A stretch of 32,000 nt of DNA from an uncultured archaeon (GCA_964496765.1 CAZCAP010000005.1:7721-39720); one strand, 5' to 3'. Positions 1 through 8,944 are shown, numbered from the stretch's first letter. Numbers and translations: made by a program. The notes: generated by a model not told the origin, from the sequence alone.

Positions 1-6
1 ATTAAT

Positions 7-222
7 ATGAAATTTAGAATAATTATTGAACAAGATGAAGATAATATATTTGTTGCAGAATGTCCTAATCTTCCTGGTGTTGTTTCACAGGGGAGGACAA
101 GAGATGAAGCAATAAAAAATGTAACTGATGCTATCAAAGGTTATCTTGCAAGTCTTAAAAAGCATAATGAACCAATCCCTACTCCAATAACAGAAGAAGT
201 GGTAGTAGATGTATATGCATGA
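7..222 (+). CDS. hicB: HicB-family antitoxin (short form)
   Basis: 71 aa; FRIIIEQDEDNIFVAECPNLPGVVSQGRTRDEAIKNVTDAI matches the HicB pattern (AECP.LPG..SQG.T..EA..N...AI); followed by a HicA-like ORF overlapping by 14 nt. Confidence 0.88.
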   Translation: MKFRIIIEQDEDNIFVAECPNLPGVVSQGRTRDEAIKNVTDAIKGYLASLKKHNEPIPTPITEEVVVDVYA

Positions 223-439
223 ACTACCAACTATTTCTGGAATCGAGCTTATTAAAATATTTTCAAAGATTGGTTATGAAGTTGATCACCAAACAGGGAG
301 TCATTTTATATTAAGACAACCAAAAGAACCATATAGAAGATTAACAATTCCTAATCACAAAATAATTGCAAAAGGAACATTAAGGGCTATAATTAGAGAA
401 TCTGGATTAACTAAAAATGAATTTTTAGAGCTCTTTTAA
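209..439 (+). CDS. hicA: HicA-family mRNA interferase toxin
   Basis: 76 aa; GYEVDHQTGSHFILRQP....RRLTIPNHK.IAKGTLRAIIRESGLT matches the HicA dsRBD-like fold with catalytic GSH. Confidence 0.88.
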   Translation: MYMHELPTISGIELIKIFSKIGYEVDHQTGSHFILRQPKEPYRRLTIPNHKIIAKGTLRAIIRESGLTKNEFLELF

Positions 440-442
440 TAG

Positions 443-1543
443 TTAGTTCCATTTCCTTAGGAATTCTTTTTCAAATTCTTTATATTTACCTTTCTTGATT
501 GCATCTCTTGCATCCTCAACTAGTCTTTGCATGAATCTTATATTATGTATTGATGCAAGTATCTTATAGTTTGGTTCATCAAGCCTATAAAGATGATGAA
601 GATATGCTAAAGTATGAGTCTTGCAAACATAGCAATCACATTCTTTATCTGGAACTTCAAAGTTATGCTTAAATGAGCCTTTCGTGATGTTTAGTTGACC
701 AGACCTTGTAAAAAGAACCCCATGACGAGCCATCTTGGTTGGATAAATAGAATCAAAACAATCTACGCCTTTACCAATGCACCTAACAACATCCTCTGGT
801 GAACCAACTCCCATCAAATATTTTATTTTATTTTCTGAAAGATGTGCAAGAGAATAATCAATTGCTTTGTACATTTTATCTTTGGATTCCCCAAGAGCAA
901 GCCCACCAATAGCAACCCCATCAAAAGGAAGAGAATTAATTGCTTTTGCACACTTTTCTCTTAGGTCTTTATATGTTCCACCCTGAACAATTCCAAACAA
1001 TAATTGCTTTTTGTTTTTATGAGCAAGAACAGCTCTCTTTGCCCAATCAATAGTAATATCAACTGCTTCCTTGTATTCTTTCTTTGGTTTGTTTGCATCA
1101 ATCATATCATCTAAGATCATTGCAATATCCGATCCAATCTTGTTTTGAATTTCAATTAACTTCTCTGGAGACATGAAAACCTTTTCCTTTGAAAAAGGAT
1201 TCTTAAACCACACTCCTTTTTTATCAAGAGAAATAAAGAACTGAGGATCCTTAAGTTGGAAACCACCACTATCTGTAAAGATTGGTTTATTCCAATTAAT
1301 GAACCTATGGTATCCACCTATTTTTTCAAGAGTTTCAATTCCTGGCTTAAGAGATAGAATATATCCATTTGAAATAAACACTTGAGTATTAAGATCATTA
1401 AGATCTTTAAAGGTTAGATATTTTCCTGCTCCCTTTGTTACAACAGGCATGAAGAAAGGAGTAGCAAGTGTTCCATGAGCAGTTCTAAGCTCACCAGATC
1501 TTGCTTTTGTTTTTTTATCCCTGTGTTTGATTGTAAATCCCAT
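443..1543 (-). CDS. tgt: tRNA-guanine transglycosylase, bacterial/queuine-type
   Basis: 366 aa; FTDSGGFQ, GIVQGG, IGGLALGE, YLMGVGSPEDVVR, DSIYPTKMARHG and C-terminal zinc site CDCYVCKTHTLAYLHHL. Confidence 0.9.
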   Translation of the reverse strand: MGFTIKHRDKKTKARSGELRTAHGTLATPFFMPVVTKGAGKYLTFKDLNDLNTQVFISNGYILSLKPGIETLEKIGGYHRFINWNKPIFTDSGGFQLKDPQFFISLDKKGVWFKNPFSKEKVFMSPEKLIEIQNKIGSDIAMILDDMIDANKPKKEYKEAVDITIDWAKRAVLAHKNKKQLLFGIVQGGTYKDLREKCAKAINSLPFDGVAIGGLALGESKDKMYKAIDYSLAHLSENKIKYLMGVGSPEDVVRCIGKGVDCFDSIYPTKMARHGVLFTRSGQLNITKGSFKHNFEVPDKECDCYVCKTHTLAYLHHLYRLDEPNYKILASIHNIRFMQRLVEDARDAIKKGKYKEFEKEFLRKWN

Positions 1544-1552
1544 TATATCTCC

Positions 1553-2410
1553 TCAAAAGAAAATGAATTTACCAAACAAAAGAACAATAACTAGTCCAAG
1601 GAAAATGTATGGTCCAAACCTTGGAAGAAAATCATATATTGGAATTGATTTAATTCCTTTCATCTTTTTTATATGTTTAATGTCTGATTCTTCAAGTATG
1701 CTTTTTCCTTTTAGCTTGAGCTTAGTTAGAAGAGCTTTCTTAATAAAATCAAGAGCAAGAACATCCCCATCCTCAAGCTCAGATATTTTTTTATTTTTTA
1801 AATAAATATACTTTCTTACTTCAGGTTCAAAAACCATTAATTTTAATCCTAGCAAGATTGGAATTAATATTAAAAAATACAACCAGGATTCATGGAACTT
1901 TGAAACAAACAAATAAACAAAGACAAAGAAGATAATAAAGATAACTAGAGACTTTAAAACAACCATTTTTCTTTTTAACCAAATCTTTAGCATCCCTTTA
2001 AACTTTAATTTTTGTTTTAATCTATATAAATAAGAAACTGAAACAAAAAGAACAGATAATAATGATGCAATTATTAGTAACCAGAGAATAACTACTTGTC
2101 CAAGGTAATAGGGAATAACTAAGTGTATTCCTATGAAAAGCTTAATGTCTCCTCCTCCAAGCTTACCATGTTTGTACATGAAATAACCAATTACGTATAT
2201 TAAGATTCCAATAAAGATAACAGTTAACAGATAGCTTAAACCTAGGTGAATAGGAGAAAGAAAAGCTTCATAAACAAGAATAAGCAAACCAATAACAACA
2301 AGAGGATAGGTTAACCAATTCTGAATTAATCCTGTTTTATAATCTGTGTAGGCAGCAATACCGCAGGCAATAACAACAAGAACAATCTTTAAAATCAATA
2401 TATCAAACAT
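1553..2410 (-). CDS. Type IV prepilin/prearchaellin peptidase-like protein (A24 family)
   Basis: 285 aa multi-pass membrane protein; N-terminal YTDYKTGLIQNWLTYP and internal KLGGGDIKLFIG (the two catalytic Asp motifs of A24 peptidases). Confidence 0.8.
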   Translation of the reverse strand: MFDILILKIVLVVIACGIAAYTDYKTGLIQNWLTYPLVVIGLLILVYEAFLSPIHLGLSYLLTVIFIGILIYVIGYFMYKHGKLGGGDIKLFIGIHLVIPYYLGQVVILWLLIIASLLSVLFVSVSYLYRLKQKLKFKGMLKIWLKRKMVVLKSLVIFIIFFVFVYLFVSKFHESWLYFLILIPILLGLKLMVFEPEVRKYIYLKNKKISELEDGDVLALDFIKKALLTKLKLKGKSILEESDIKHIKKMKGIKSIPIYDFLPRFGPYIFLGLVIVLLFGKFIFF

Positions 2411-2413
2411 TAT

Positions 2414-3820
2414 TTATCTTCCTTTCATGGTCTTTGCCATTTCTTCTAATTGCTTTGGATCCATGTTCTCAAGCTTGGACATATCAAACTTTCCACCCAT
2501 CATCTTCTTCATCATTCCCTGCATGTCCTTTCCACCAGGCCCACCCATCTGCTTGAACATTTTTTTCATTTTCTTAACATGAGTTATTAAGTCCTTAACA
2601 TCCTCAAAGGGTTTACCTGAGCCCTTTGCAATTCTTTCTATTCTTGATCTTGTTAAAAAAGAAGTGTCTGAATTAAGTTCCTCTCTTGTAAATGAACTAA
2701 GTATGATTCTATAGGCATCCATTTTCTTTTGACCAAGATTCATTTGATCATTTGAAACCTTTCCTCCAACTCCTAGAAGATTCATAACCTTAGAAAAAGG
2801 ACCCAGCTTTCTAGCAGCTGCAAGTTGTTTCTTAAAAAGAGCAAAAGTAAACTCACCCTTCATCATTGCCTCAGGATCCATATCCTCTAATTCTTCTTCC
2901 TTTGATAGCTCTGTTATTTTTTCAACTAATGTTTCAAGATCACCAAAACCAAGTATTCTTGATAAATATCTATTTGCATCAAACACTTCAAAGTCATCAG
3001 GTTTTTCTCCTGTTCCAATAAAATAGATAGGTGAGTGGGTTATGTAACAAGCAGTTAATGCTCCACCACCCTTTGCTGAACCATCAAGCTTAGTAATTAT
3101 AACACCCTGAACCCCAACAGCCTTATTAAAGTGCTCTGCCTGGTCCTTTGCAGCCTGACCAATGTCTGCAGAAATAACCAAAAAAGAATGCTTTGGTTTG
3201 AAAACAGAATAAATTTCTTTAAGTTCTGTAACTAGTTCATCATCAAGCGCACTTCTTCCTGCTGAATCAACAATTACAAGAGCAACTCCATTTTTTTTCA
3301 TGAAAGCTAGTCCTTCCTCAGTTACTTTCTTTGCTGAGGTTTCATTCTTGTTACCATAGAAAGGAACATCCACCTGCTTTGAAAGTTGAAGAAGTTGTTC
3401 ATAGGCAGCTGGTCTATAGGTGTCTGCACAAATAACTCCAACCTTGATTCCTCTTTTCTTATAAAACTTAGCAAGCTTTGAGGCACTGGTTGTTTTACCT
3501 GAACCAAACAACCCACATAAAAGAATGGATTCTGGGTTTTCAGGAAGTTCTTTCTTTTCTTCCTCTCCACCCATGTACTTTAATATAACATTATAGCAGG
3601 TCTTAATTAGGTGTTCTTTTCTTGAAACACCTTCAGGTACGTTTTCAAAAGCTTCAGTTTCTATTTCTTTTGATATTTTTAGAACAAGTTGCACATTAAC
3701 ATCTGAAGAGATTAATGCTCTTTGTATTTCTTTAATAACTTCTTTAATTAATTCCTTATCCACATGAACAGAATTCTTAATTCTATCAAGTGCATCACGA
3801 ATTTTGTCTGAGAAACCCAT
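2414..3820 (-). CDS. srp54: Signal recognition particle GTPase SRP54
   Basis: 468 aa; GLFGSGKTTSASKLAKFY, VDSAGR, ITKLDGSAKGGG and a Met-rich C-terminal M domain. Confidence 0.96.
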   Translation of the reverse strand: MGFSDKIRDALDRIKNSVHVDKELIKEVIKEIQRALISSDVNVQLVLKISKEIETEAFENVPEGVSRKEHLIKTCYNVILKYMGGEEEKKELPENPESILLCGLFGSGKTTSASKLAKFYKKRGIKVGVICADTYRPAAYEQLLQLSKQVDVPFYGNKNETSAKKVTEEGLAFMKKNGVALVIVDSAGRSALDDELVTELKEIYSVFKPKHSFLVISADIGQAAKDQAEHFNKAVGVQGVIITKLDGSAKGGGALTACYITHSPIYFIGTGEKPDDFEVFDANRYLSRILGFGDLETLVEKITELSKEEELEDMDPEAMMKGEFTFALFKKQLAAARKLGPFSKVMNLLGVGGKVSNDQMNLGQKKMDAYRIILSSFTREELNSDTSFLTRSRIERIAKGSGKPFEDVKDLITHVKKMKKMFKQMGGPGGKDMQGMMKKMMGGKFDMSKLENMDPKQLEEMAKTMKGR

Positions 3821-3990
3821 ACTTGTTTACACCCTTATACTAATATATTATATATAAGGGAAATAAATATAAATGGAACATTAGTATATAAAGAAGTAAA
3901 TATTATAGGAACTTTAAGATGCTTTATAAATCTAATTATAGGTAATATATTTATTAAGTTAAAAGCTAAACTTAAAAGGAGATAAAGATT

Positions 3991-4149
3991 ATGGGATATA
4001 CATCTTTACTTGGAGAGCTTAAGAGAACTAATACAGGTAAAAGTTTGAGTTCAAGAAGAAGAGAACCAAAAGAAGATAGTGATAAGGAAACAAAAGACAG
4101 ACTTCAAAATGAAAGATTAGCGTTACTTAAAAAATATTATAAAAAATAA
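3991..4149 (+). CDS. Small charged protein A (52 aa) of unknown function
   Basis: Not in the supplied track (too short). Reads MGYTSLLGELKRTNTGKSLSSRRREPKEDSDKETKDRLQNERLALLKKYYKK; SD-like AAAGGAGAT upstream; C-terminus resembles that of the ORF at 4477-4632. Confidence 0.6.
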   Translation: MGYTSLLGELKRTNTGKSLSSRRREPKEDSDKETKDRLQNERLALLKKYYKK

Positions 4150-4166
4150 TCAAAAGAGGGATCAGA

Positions 4167-4448
4167 ATGGCTGGAGATTTAGATATTTTAGTTGAGGGTA
4201 AATTATTATCATTAAGACTTAGAGAACTTGAGCATAGAATAAAAGCTAAAGAAGCTACTAATAAAGATGTTATTGAATACAAATTGAAACTGAAAAGAAA
4301 AAATGAGCTAGAAGGAAGAATACAAGAAGAAATGAAGAGAAGAATGAAGAAGAAAGTTGTGAATGCAACCAAGAAAGAAATTAAAAAGCTTGGGGAACAA
4401 AGAATGAAAACATTAAAAGAACACTTCAAGCCAAGAAGACCATTATAA
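4167..4448 (+). CDS. Small predicted coiled-coil protein (93 aa), unknown function
   Basis: Lys/Glu/Arg-rich helical protein beginning MAGDLDILVEGKLLSLRLRELEHRIKAKEATNK; 17 nt after ORF A, with AGAGGG upstream. The opposite-strand ORF is Phe/Ser-rich and looks spurious. Confidence 0.65.
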   Translation: MAGDLDILVEGKLLSLRLRELEHRIKAKEATNKDVIEYKLKLKRKNELEGRIQEEMKRRMKKKVVNATKKEIKKLGEQRMKTLKEHFKPRRPL

Positions 4449-4476
4449 ATAATTAAAAGGAATGTGAAAATAAATT

Positions 4477-4632
4477 ATGGATAATTCATCATCTATATTA
4501 CAAAAATACAAATCAACCTATAAGAAAAAGGAAGAGCCTAAGGAAGAAATAATCACTGATCCTGAAAAAAGAAGATTAGAAAAACTAGCAAAGGAAAGAG
4601 ATTCCCTTCTAAGAAAATATTATAAAAAGTGA
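4477..4632 (+). CDS. Small charged protein C (51 aa), apparent paralog of the ORF at 3991-4149
   Basis: Not in track. Reads MDNSSSILQKYKSTYKKKEEPKEEIITDPEKRRLEKLAKERDSLLRKYYKK; ends ERDSLLRKYYKK versus ERLALLKKYYKK in ORF A. Confidence 0.6.
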   Translation: MDNSSSILQKYKSTYKKKEEPKEEIITDPEKRRLEKLAKERDSLLRKYYKK

Positions 4633-4636
4633 ATAC

Positions 4637-4795
4637 ATGCCTACTAAACCAAAACCAACAATAAAAATCAAGAATCCAGAGCTAATTAATCTGCTTGCTA
4701 GGAAAGAAGTTAATCATCATCATGAGATAACATATGTGCAAAAAAAGATAATTAAAAATCTTCCACAGAACTTCTTTAAGAAAAATAAATTATAG
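4637..4795 (+). CDS. Small basic protein D (52 aa), unknown function
   Basis: Not in track. Reads MPTKPKPTIKIKNPELINLLARKEVNHHHEITYVQKKIIKNLPQNFFKKNKL; starts 4 nt after the stop of the previous small ORF. Confidence 0.5.
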   Translation: MPTKPKPTIKIKNPELINLLARKEVNHHHEITYVQKKIIKNLPQNFFKKNKL

Positions 4796-5413
4796 AACCT
4801 TTAGTTTTCTTGGTTTAACTTTTTTAACTAAACTAGTTTTTGGAAATTTAATGGATTTTGTTTTTCTAGCAAGATTACAATTATTTAAAATAGATGTTAC
4901 TCTTTCTTTTTTGAAGTTAAGAACTCCTTCTTTTGTAAAGTATCTATCCCTTATTGGATTATATAGATCTAATTCTTTTCTTAGATGATCTTTTGAATAT
5001 GCATATTTCTTTTCTGGATGATTAATAATAGTAGCATACATTTCTTTTAAGAATGGAATTTTTTCACAAGTAAAAGAACAGCCCTTCTTTAGAAGAGGAA
5101 TAGAAGAAAAGATTAGTGCTTCTAAGAGTATGTTTCTATTTTCCTTTGTTTTAATCAGGCTAGTTCCAACTCTTTGAATATATTGGACATCTATTCTCTT
5201 ATCTGCAACCCCAAACTTGATTACTTCCTGTGGTTCGTTTTTGTGGTTTAATGTGATTATTGCTTCATTGAGTTTTGCAGAGTCCTTAAATCCATCAAAA
5301 TTAAAAGTAAATTCTCTATGTGCTTGTATTTTAAAATCAGAAGGTAAATTTATTTTTGAAAGACTACCAAGTATGGTTTTCATGTTTTGTTTAATAATAG
5401 TTGTTCTTTGCAT
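4790..5413 (-). CDS. Hypothetical protein (207 aa)
   Basis: Long ORF between ftsY and the small-gene cassette, same strand as ftsY; no recognised motif. Confidence 0.7.
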   Translation of the reverse strand: MQRTTIIKQNMKTILGSLSKINLPSDFKIQAHREFTFNFDGFKDSAKLNEAIITLNHKNEPQEVIKFGVADKRIDVQYIQRVGTSLIKTKENRNILLEALIFSSIPLLKKGCSFTCEKIPFLKEMYATIINHPEKKYAYSKDHLRKELDLYNPIRDRYFTKEGVLNFKKERVTSILNNCNLARKTKSIKFPKTSLVKKVKPRKLKVL

Positions 5414-5432
5414 AATTATTACAATTAAATTT

Positions 5433-6890
5433 TTATACTATTCTTTCAATTATATACTCAGGAGAGAACTTTTCAATATCATTATACTCCTGACCAGTTC
5501 CTATATAGAAAATTGGTTTCTTGAGCTCGTTTAATATGGATATTGCAACACCACCCTTTGGATCTGTGTCTATTTTAGTTAGAATAACTCCAGTTACTCC
5601 AATGTCCTTATCAAACTTCCTAACCTGATCAACAATTGCTTGGCCAGACTGGGATTCTCCAATATAAATGGTTAGCTGTGGCTTAACAACTCTTTTTATT
5701 TTTTGTAGTTCCTGCATAAGATTAATATTTGTTTCCTGTCTTCCAGCAGTATCAATTAGAACCACATCCGCCTTGTTTGCTTTTGCAGAAGTGACAGCAT
5801 CAAATGCAACAGCAGCAGGATCAGAACCATAGTTTTGCTTAATAACCTTAATTCCAAGTCTGGATGCATGAACTTCAAGTTGATCGATGGCACCTGCTCT
5901 GAAGGTATCAGAGGATGCAAGGAACACAAGCTTACCTTGTTTTTTATAGAGGTTTGCAAACTTAGAAATGGTTGTTGTTTTTCCTGCTCCATTAGGACCA
6001 ATAAACATAATCACTAGTGGTTCATTATCTTCTTTTTTAATATAATTATTAATCTCACAATCAATATTCAATTGTTCACTAAGACTAACCTTTATTTCTT
6101 TTTTAATATCCTCAAGAAGATTAGATTTTGTGAACTTTGCATTTGAAAGCTTAAGCTTAAGATCTTCGACAATTGCATGACTTGCATCAAGTGAAACATC
6201 TGCCTCCAGAAGGGATATTTCAAAATCATCTAAAAAATCTTTAATTTCCTTTTCTGATAAAGAAACCTTAGAAACGAATAATCCTTTAATGGTTGTAAAA
6301 ACTCCAGTTTTTACTTTCTCTGGTTTTCTATCCTTAAGTTCTTCATATCTTTCAGAATAAATAGGTTCTTCAATTTTTATTGTTTTTAGTTCTTCATCTT
6401 CAACTTCTTCTTTGATTTTTTCAATCTCTTTTTCTATTTCTTTTTTTATTGGAAGAGATTCTATCTTTGGAGAAATTGGTTTAATGGGTTCAGTTATAAT
6501 TGGTTTTGGTTCTATTTTTTCCTGTTTGAAAACCTCAACAGGTTCTATTGAAGGTTCTGGTTTGTTTTCCTTGAATTGTTCAAGCTCTTTTGCAAGATCC
6601 CTATCAAAGGCATCTAATTCTTCTTCCTTTGAAGTACTAGATGGAATTTTTGGAATTGATTGTCCAAGTTTATCTGCAACCACTTCTTTCGGAATGTCTG
6701 CAACTACTGGAACATCTGGAACTTCTTCTTTTGCAACAGGTTTTTCTTGTTCCTGAACAGGTGTTTGAATTGGAGGTACTTGTTCTTGGATCTTTGATTC
6801 TTCATCTTTGGTTTCTTCAACCTTTTCTTGACCCTTACCAAAAATCTTACTTGTAAATTCTTTAAATTTATTTTTTAATAATCCAAACAT
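5433..6890 (-). CDS. ftsY: SRP receptor GTPase FtsY
   Basis: 485 aa; acidic/Pro-rich N-terminus, then GPNGAGKTTTISKFANLYK, DTFRAGAIDQLE, DTAGRQETN and TKIDTDPKGGVAIS. Confidence 0.95.
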   Translation of the reverse strand: MFGLLKNKFKEFTSKIFGKGQEKVEETKDEESKIQEQVPPIQTPVQEQEKPVAKEEVPDVPVVADIPKEVVADKLGQSIPKIPSSTSKEEELDAFDRDLAKELEQFKENKPEPSIEPVEVFKQEKIEPKPIITEPIKPISPKIESLPIKKEIEKEIEKIKEEVEDEELKTIKIEEPIYSERYEELKDRKPEKVKTGVFTTIKGLFVSKVSLSEKEIKDFLDDFEISLLEADVSLDASHAIVEDLKLKLSNAKFTKSNLLEDIKKEIKVSLSEQLNIDCEINNYIKKEDNEPLVIMFIGPNGAGKTTTISKFANLYKKQGKLVFLASSDTFRAGAIDQLEVHASRLGIKVIKQNYGSDPAAVAFDAVTSAKANKADVVLIDTAGRQETNINLMQELQKIKRVVKPQLTIYIGESQSGQAIVDQVRKFDKDIGVTGVILTKIDTDPKGGVAISILNELKKPIFYIGTGQEYNDIEKFSPEYIIERIV

Positions 6891-6938
6891 AAAAGAAAAC
6901 CTCTATAAAAATAAAAATAGGAAAAAAAGATATTAAAT

Positions 6939-7439
6939 CTAATTAATATCTGTTTCTGCAACTGCTGATTTTGACTTTGCTTCTTGCTTAGCAAGCTCAT
7001 TTAATGCATAGGAGAAGGTATTAAGTGTTTTTAGTGTTTGATTATAATTAAGCATGAACTCACTTCTTAATTTGTTTAATTCATTTTCCCTATTTCCAAT
7101 GTCCTTGATAATAACATCAAGATTCTTATCAATCATTATATTTCCTGGAAGAGTAATCTTTGCATGAGTCTTGTTTGCCACATTGCACTCTACAAGTATT
7201 CCTGCTCCAATGTTTATTAGGATACTGTCGTTTGATTTACTATTTTTAATTTCATCAAGAGTAGATTTTGCTCTAATTATTTCTGTAAGTAAAGTTTCAA
7301 CTTCTTTAATCTTAGAAGTTACTTTATTTAGTTCCTGTTCTTTATTTTTATACAAAGAAATAGTTTGATTCTTATTTAATTTAACAGTTCTTGAACCAGT
7401 TACCTTTGCATTATGTTCTTTTTTTTCCATAAACATCAC
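6939..7439 (-). CDS. pfdA: Prefoldin alpha subunit
   Basis: Two helical arms flanking a beta segment (ILINIGAGILVECNV...AKITLPGNIMIDKNLD), and position between aif6 and ftsY as in the conserved archaeal cluster. Confidence 0.75.
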   Translation of the reverse strand: MMFMEKKEHNAKVTGSRTVKLNKNQTISLYKNKEQELNKVTSKIKEVETLLTEIIRAKSTLDEIKNSKSNDSILINIGAGILVECNVANKTHAKITLPGNIMIDKNLDVIIKDIGNRENELNKLRSEFMLNYNQTLKTLNTFSYALNELAKQEAKSKSAVAETDIN

Positions 7440-7446
7440 CTATAAA

Positions 7447-8130
7447 TTATAAAACAAATTCGCCTTCAAACCCAAGTGCAATCTCATCAACCTTCATAAG
7501 CTCTATGTTACTGGTTAGTGAACCAACAACAATTGCATTCTTGTTTGAAATTAAATCATTACCAACAAATGAATCACCATAGTTAAGAGTGGTTGCAATA
7601 CCTATGACTCCAAACTTAGTTTTTAATTCACCAAACTCTGTTTTTTTAATACTTGGATTAACTAGAAAAAAATTATCATTAACATAGAGAGATGATCCAG
7701 GAAGATCAAGACCAACACAGGTCTTTGCTTCAACAGGAACATTAAAGAATTTAGATATTTCTTTAACACTCTCCTTTGAAAGAAGTGGACTTGCAATCCC
7801 ATATTTTGAGTTTATTGCAAGGAGATTTCCAAGCGCATTATAATCTTTAATTAGCTTAACTTTAATCCCTTCTTTTTCAAGAATCTCAAGTTCCTTTGGA
7901 TAAATTGAATCTTCTCCAACAACAATTTTGTTTTTTACACACTTTAGATAAACACCTATAAGTGGAGATTGATTAATTTCTAGCTTAATTATCTTTGTAT
8001 TAAGAACATTAGATATAATCTTTTCTTCCTTAGGAAGAATATTATGGGGAACTAGGCAGAAATCATCTGTACAAATAGAATTCACTCCCAAATAGGGAGA
8101 ACTACATATAAACGATTTTATTAATCTCAT
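7447..8130 (-). CDS. eif6: Translation initiation factor 6 (aIF6)
   Basis: 227 aa; repeated aIF6 signatures such as SPYLGVNSICTDDFCLVPHN, LLAINSKYGIASPL and GVIGIATTLNYGDSFVGNDLISNKNAIVVG. Confidence 0.92.
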   Translation of the reverse strand: MRLIKSFICSSPYLGVNSICTDDFCLVPHNILPKEEKIISNVLNTKIIKLEINQSPLIGVYLKCVKNKIVVGEDSIYPKELEILEKEGIKVKLIKDYNALGNLLAINSKYGIASPLLSKESVKEISKFFNVPVEAKTCVGLDLPGSSLYVNDNFFLVNPSIKKTEFGELKTKFGVIGIATTLNYGDSFVGNDLISNKNAIVVGSLTSNIELMKVDEIALGFEGEFVL

Positions 8131-8597
8131 TTTGTTTCTGCTTTTTGTTTTTTATGATCTTCCATTGGTCTTAGTTTTCCTGTTTTCTTTTCTGGTTTAG
8201 GCTTTACAGCTTCTTCAGTTGGATTTGCTTTTGATGTTTGGTCTACTGCTTTTACTTCATCCTTTGGAATTTCTTTTGCTTTTTCTTCTTTCTTTGGTTT
8301 TACTTCCTTTTCTTTCCCCTTGTTCTTGAATTCTTTAAATTCTTTTGAATCCTTTAGAAAAACATAAACCTTGTTGTTGTCTTGTTTAATACTAATTGCA
8401 ACACTTCTTGGAGGCTTGGTTATGCTTCTTGCCCAAATATATGCATTAACCTCTCCAGAGATAACAACATCTTTTCTATCTTTTCTAGTATGTTTTAATA
8501 AAAAATTATAAAGAGAAGTAATAGAATACTTCGCTCTCTTTGTTCTTGGTTTATCATAGGCGCTTCTTAATGAAACGTTATAGCTTTCTGATGGCAT
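8127..8597 (-). CDS. rpl31e: Ribosomal protein L31e with long charged C-terminal extension
   Basis: SYNVSLRSAYDKPRTKRAKYSITSLYNFLLKHTRKDRKDVVISGEVNAYIWARSITKPPRSVAISI, then ~65 aa Lys/Glu/Pro-rich tail. Confidence 0.88.
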   Translation of the reverse strand: MPSESYNVSLRSAYDKPRTKRAKYSITSLYNFLLKHTRKDRKDVVISGEVNAYIWARSITKPPRSVAISIKQDNNKVYVFLKDSKEFKEFKNKGKEKEVKPKKEEKAKEIPKDEVKAVDQTSKANPTEEAVKPKPEKKTGKLRPMEDHKKQKAETK

Positions 8598-8617
8598 ATT
8601 ATATCACATTTAATTAT

Positions 8618-8944
8618 TTATTTCTTTTTAGGTTTTACTTTTTTAGAAACATTTGTGTTTCTATTCATTAATCTATTCTTTTTATTAAATTTAGTTGATT
8701 TTCCTCTTTTACCGCTTTTTGCACCTGATTTTAATTTTTCTTTTTCAAGGTCAAGCTGAAGAGATCTATACCTACTTCCAAATTCAGTTTCTCTCCAATT
8801 TCTTTTCTGTCTTCTATTCCAAATTCTCTTGCCTGCTTTTTGTATGATCCACACAGGTGTATTCATATACCCAGGACCTACTTTTTTTCTCTGAGCAACT
8901 AAAAATTCTTTTTTGTCTCTGTCTTTGTTTCTTGCCATAAACAA
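8618..8944 (-). CDS. rpl39e: Ribosomal protein L39e with unusually long C-terminal extension
   Basis: RKKVGPGYMNTPVWIIQKAGKRIWNRRQKRNWRETEF is L39e-like; 108 aa total. Start may be the third codon (MARNKD). Confidence 0.82.
   Translation of the reverse strand: MFMARNKDRDKKEFLVAQRKKVGPGYMNTPVWIIQKAGKRIWNRRQKRNWRETEFGSRYRSLQLDLEKEKLKSGAKSGKRGKSTKFNKKNRLMNRNTNVSKKVKPKKK

Noticed and set aside
4127-4429. 100-aa minus-strand ORF opposite the 93-aa coiled-coil ORF
   Set aside because: Phe/Ser/Leu-rich composition is the antisense shadow of Lys/Glu-rich coding sequence; the plus-strand ORF has an SD-like signal and fits the cassette.
5217-6856. Several ORFs opposite or within ftsY (e.g. 5756-6001, 6412-6756, 6641-6856)
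   Set aside because: Located inside a confidently coding frame of ftsY with no recognisable domains; treated as spurious antisense or out-of-frame ORFs.
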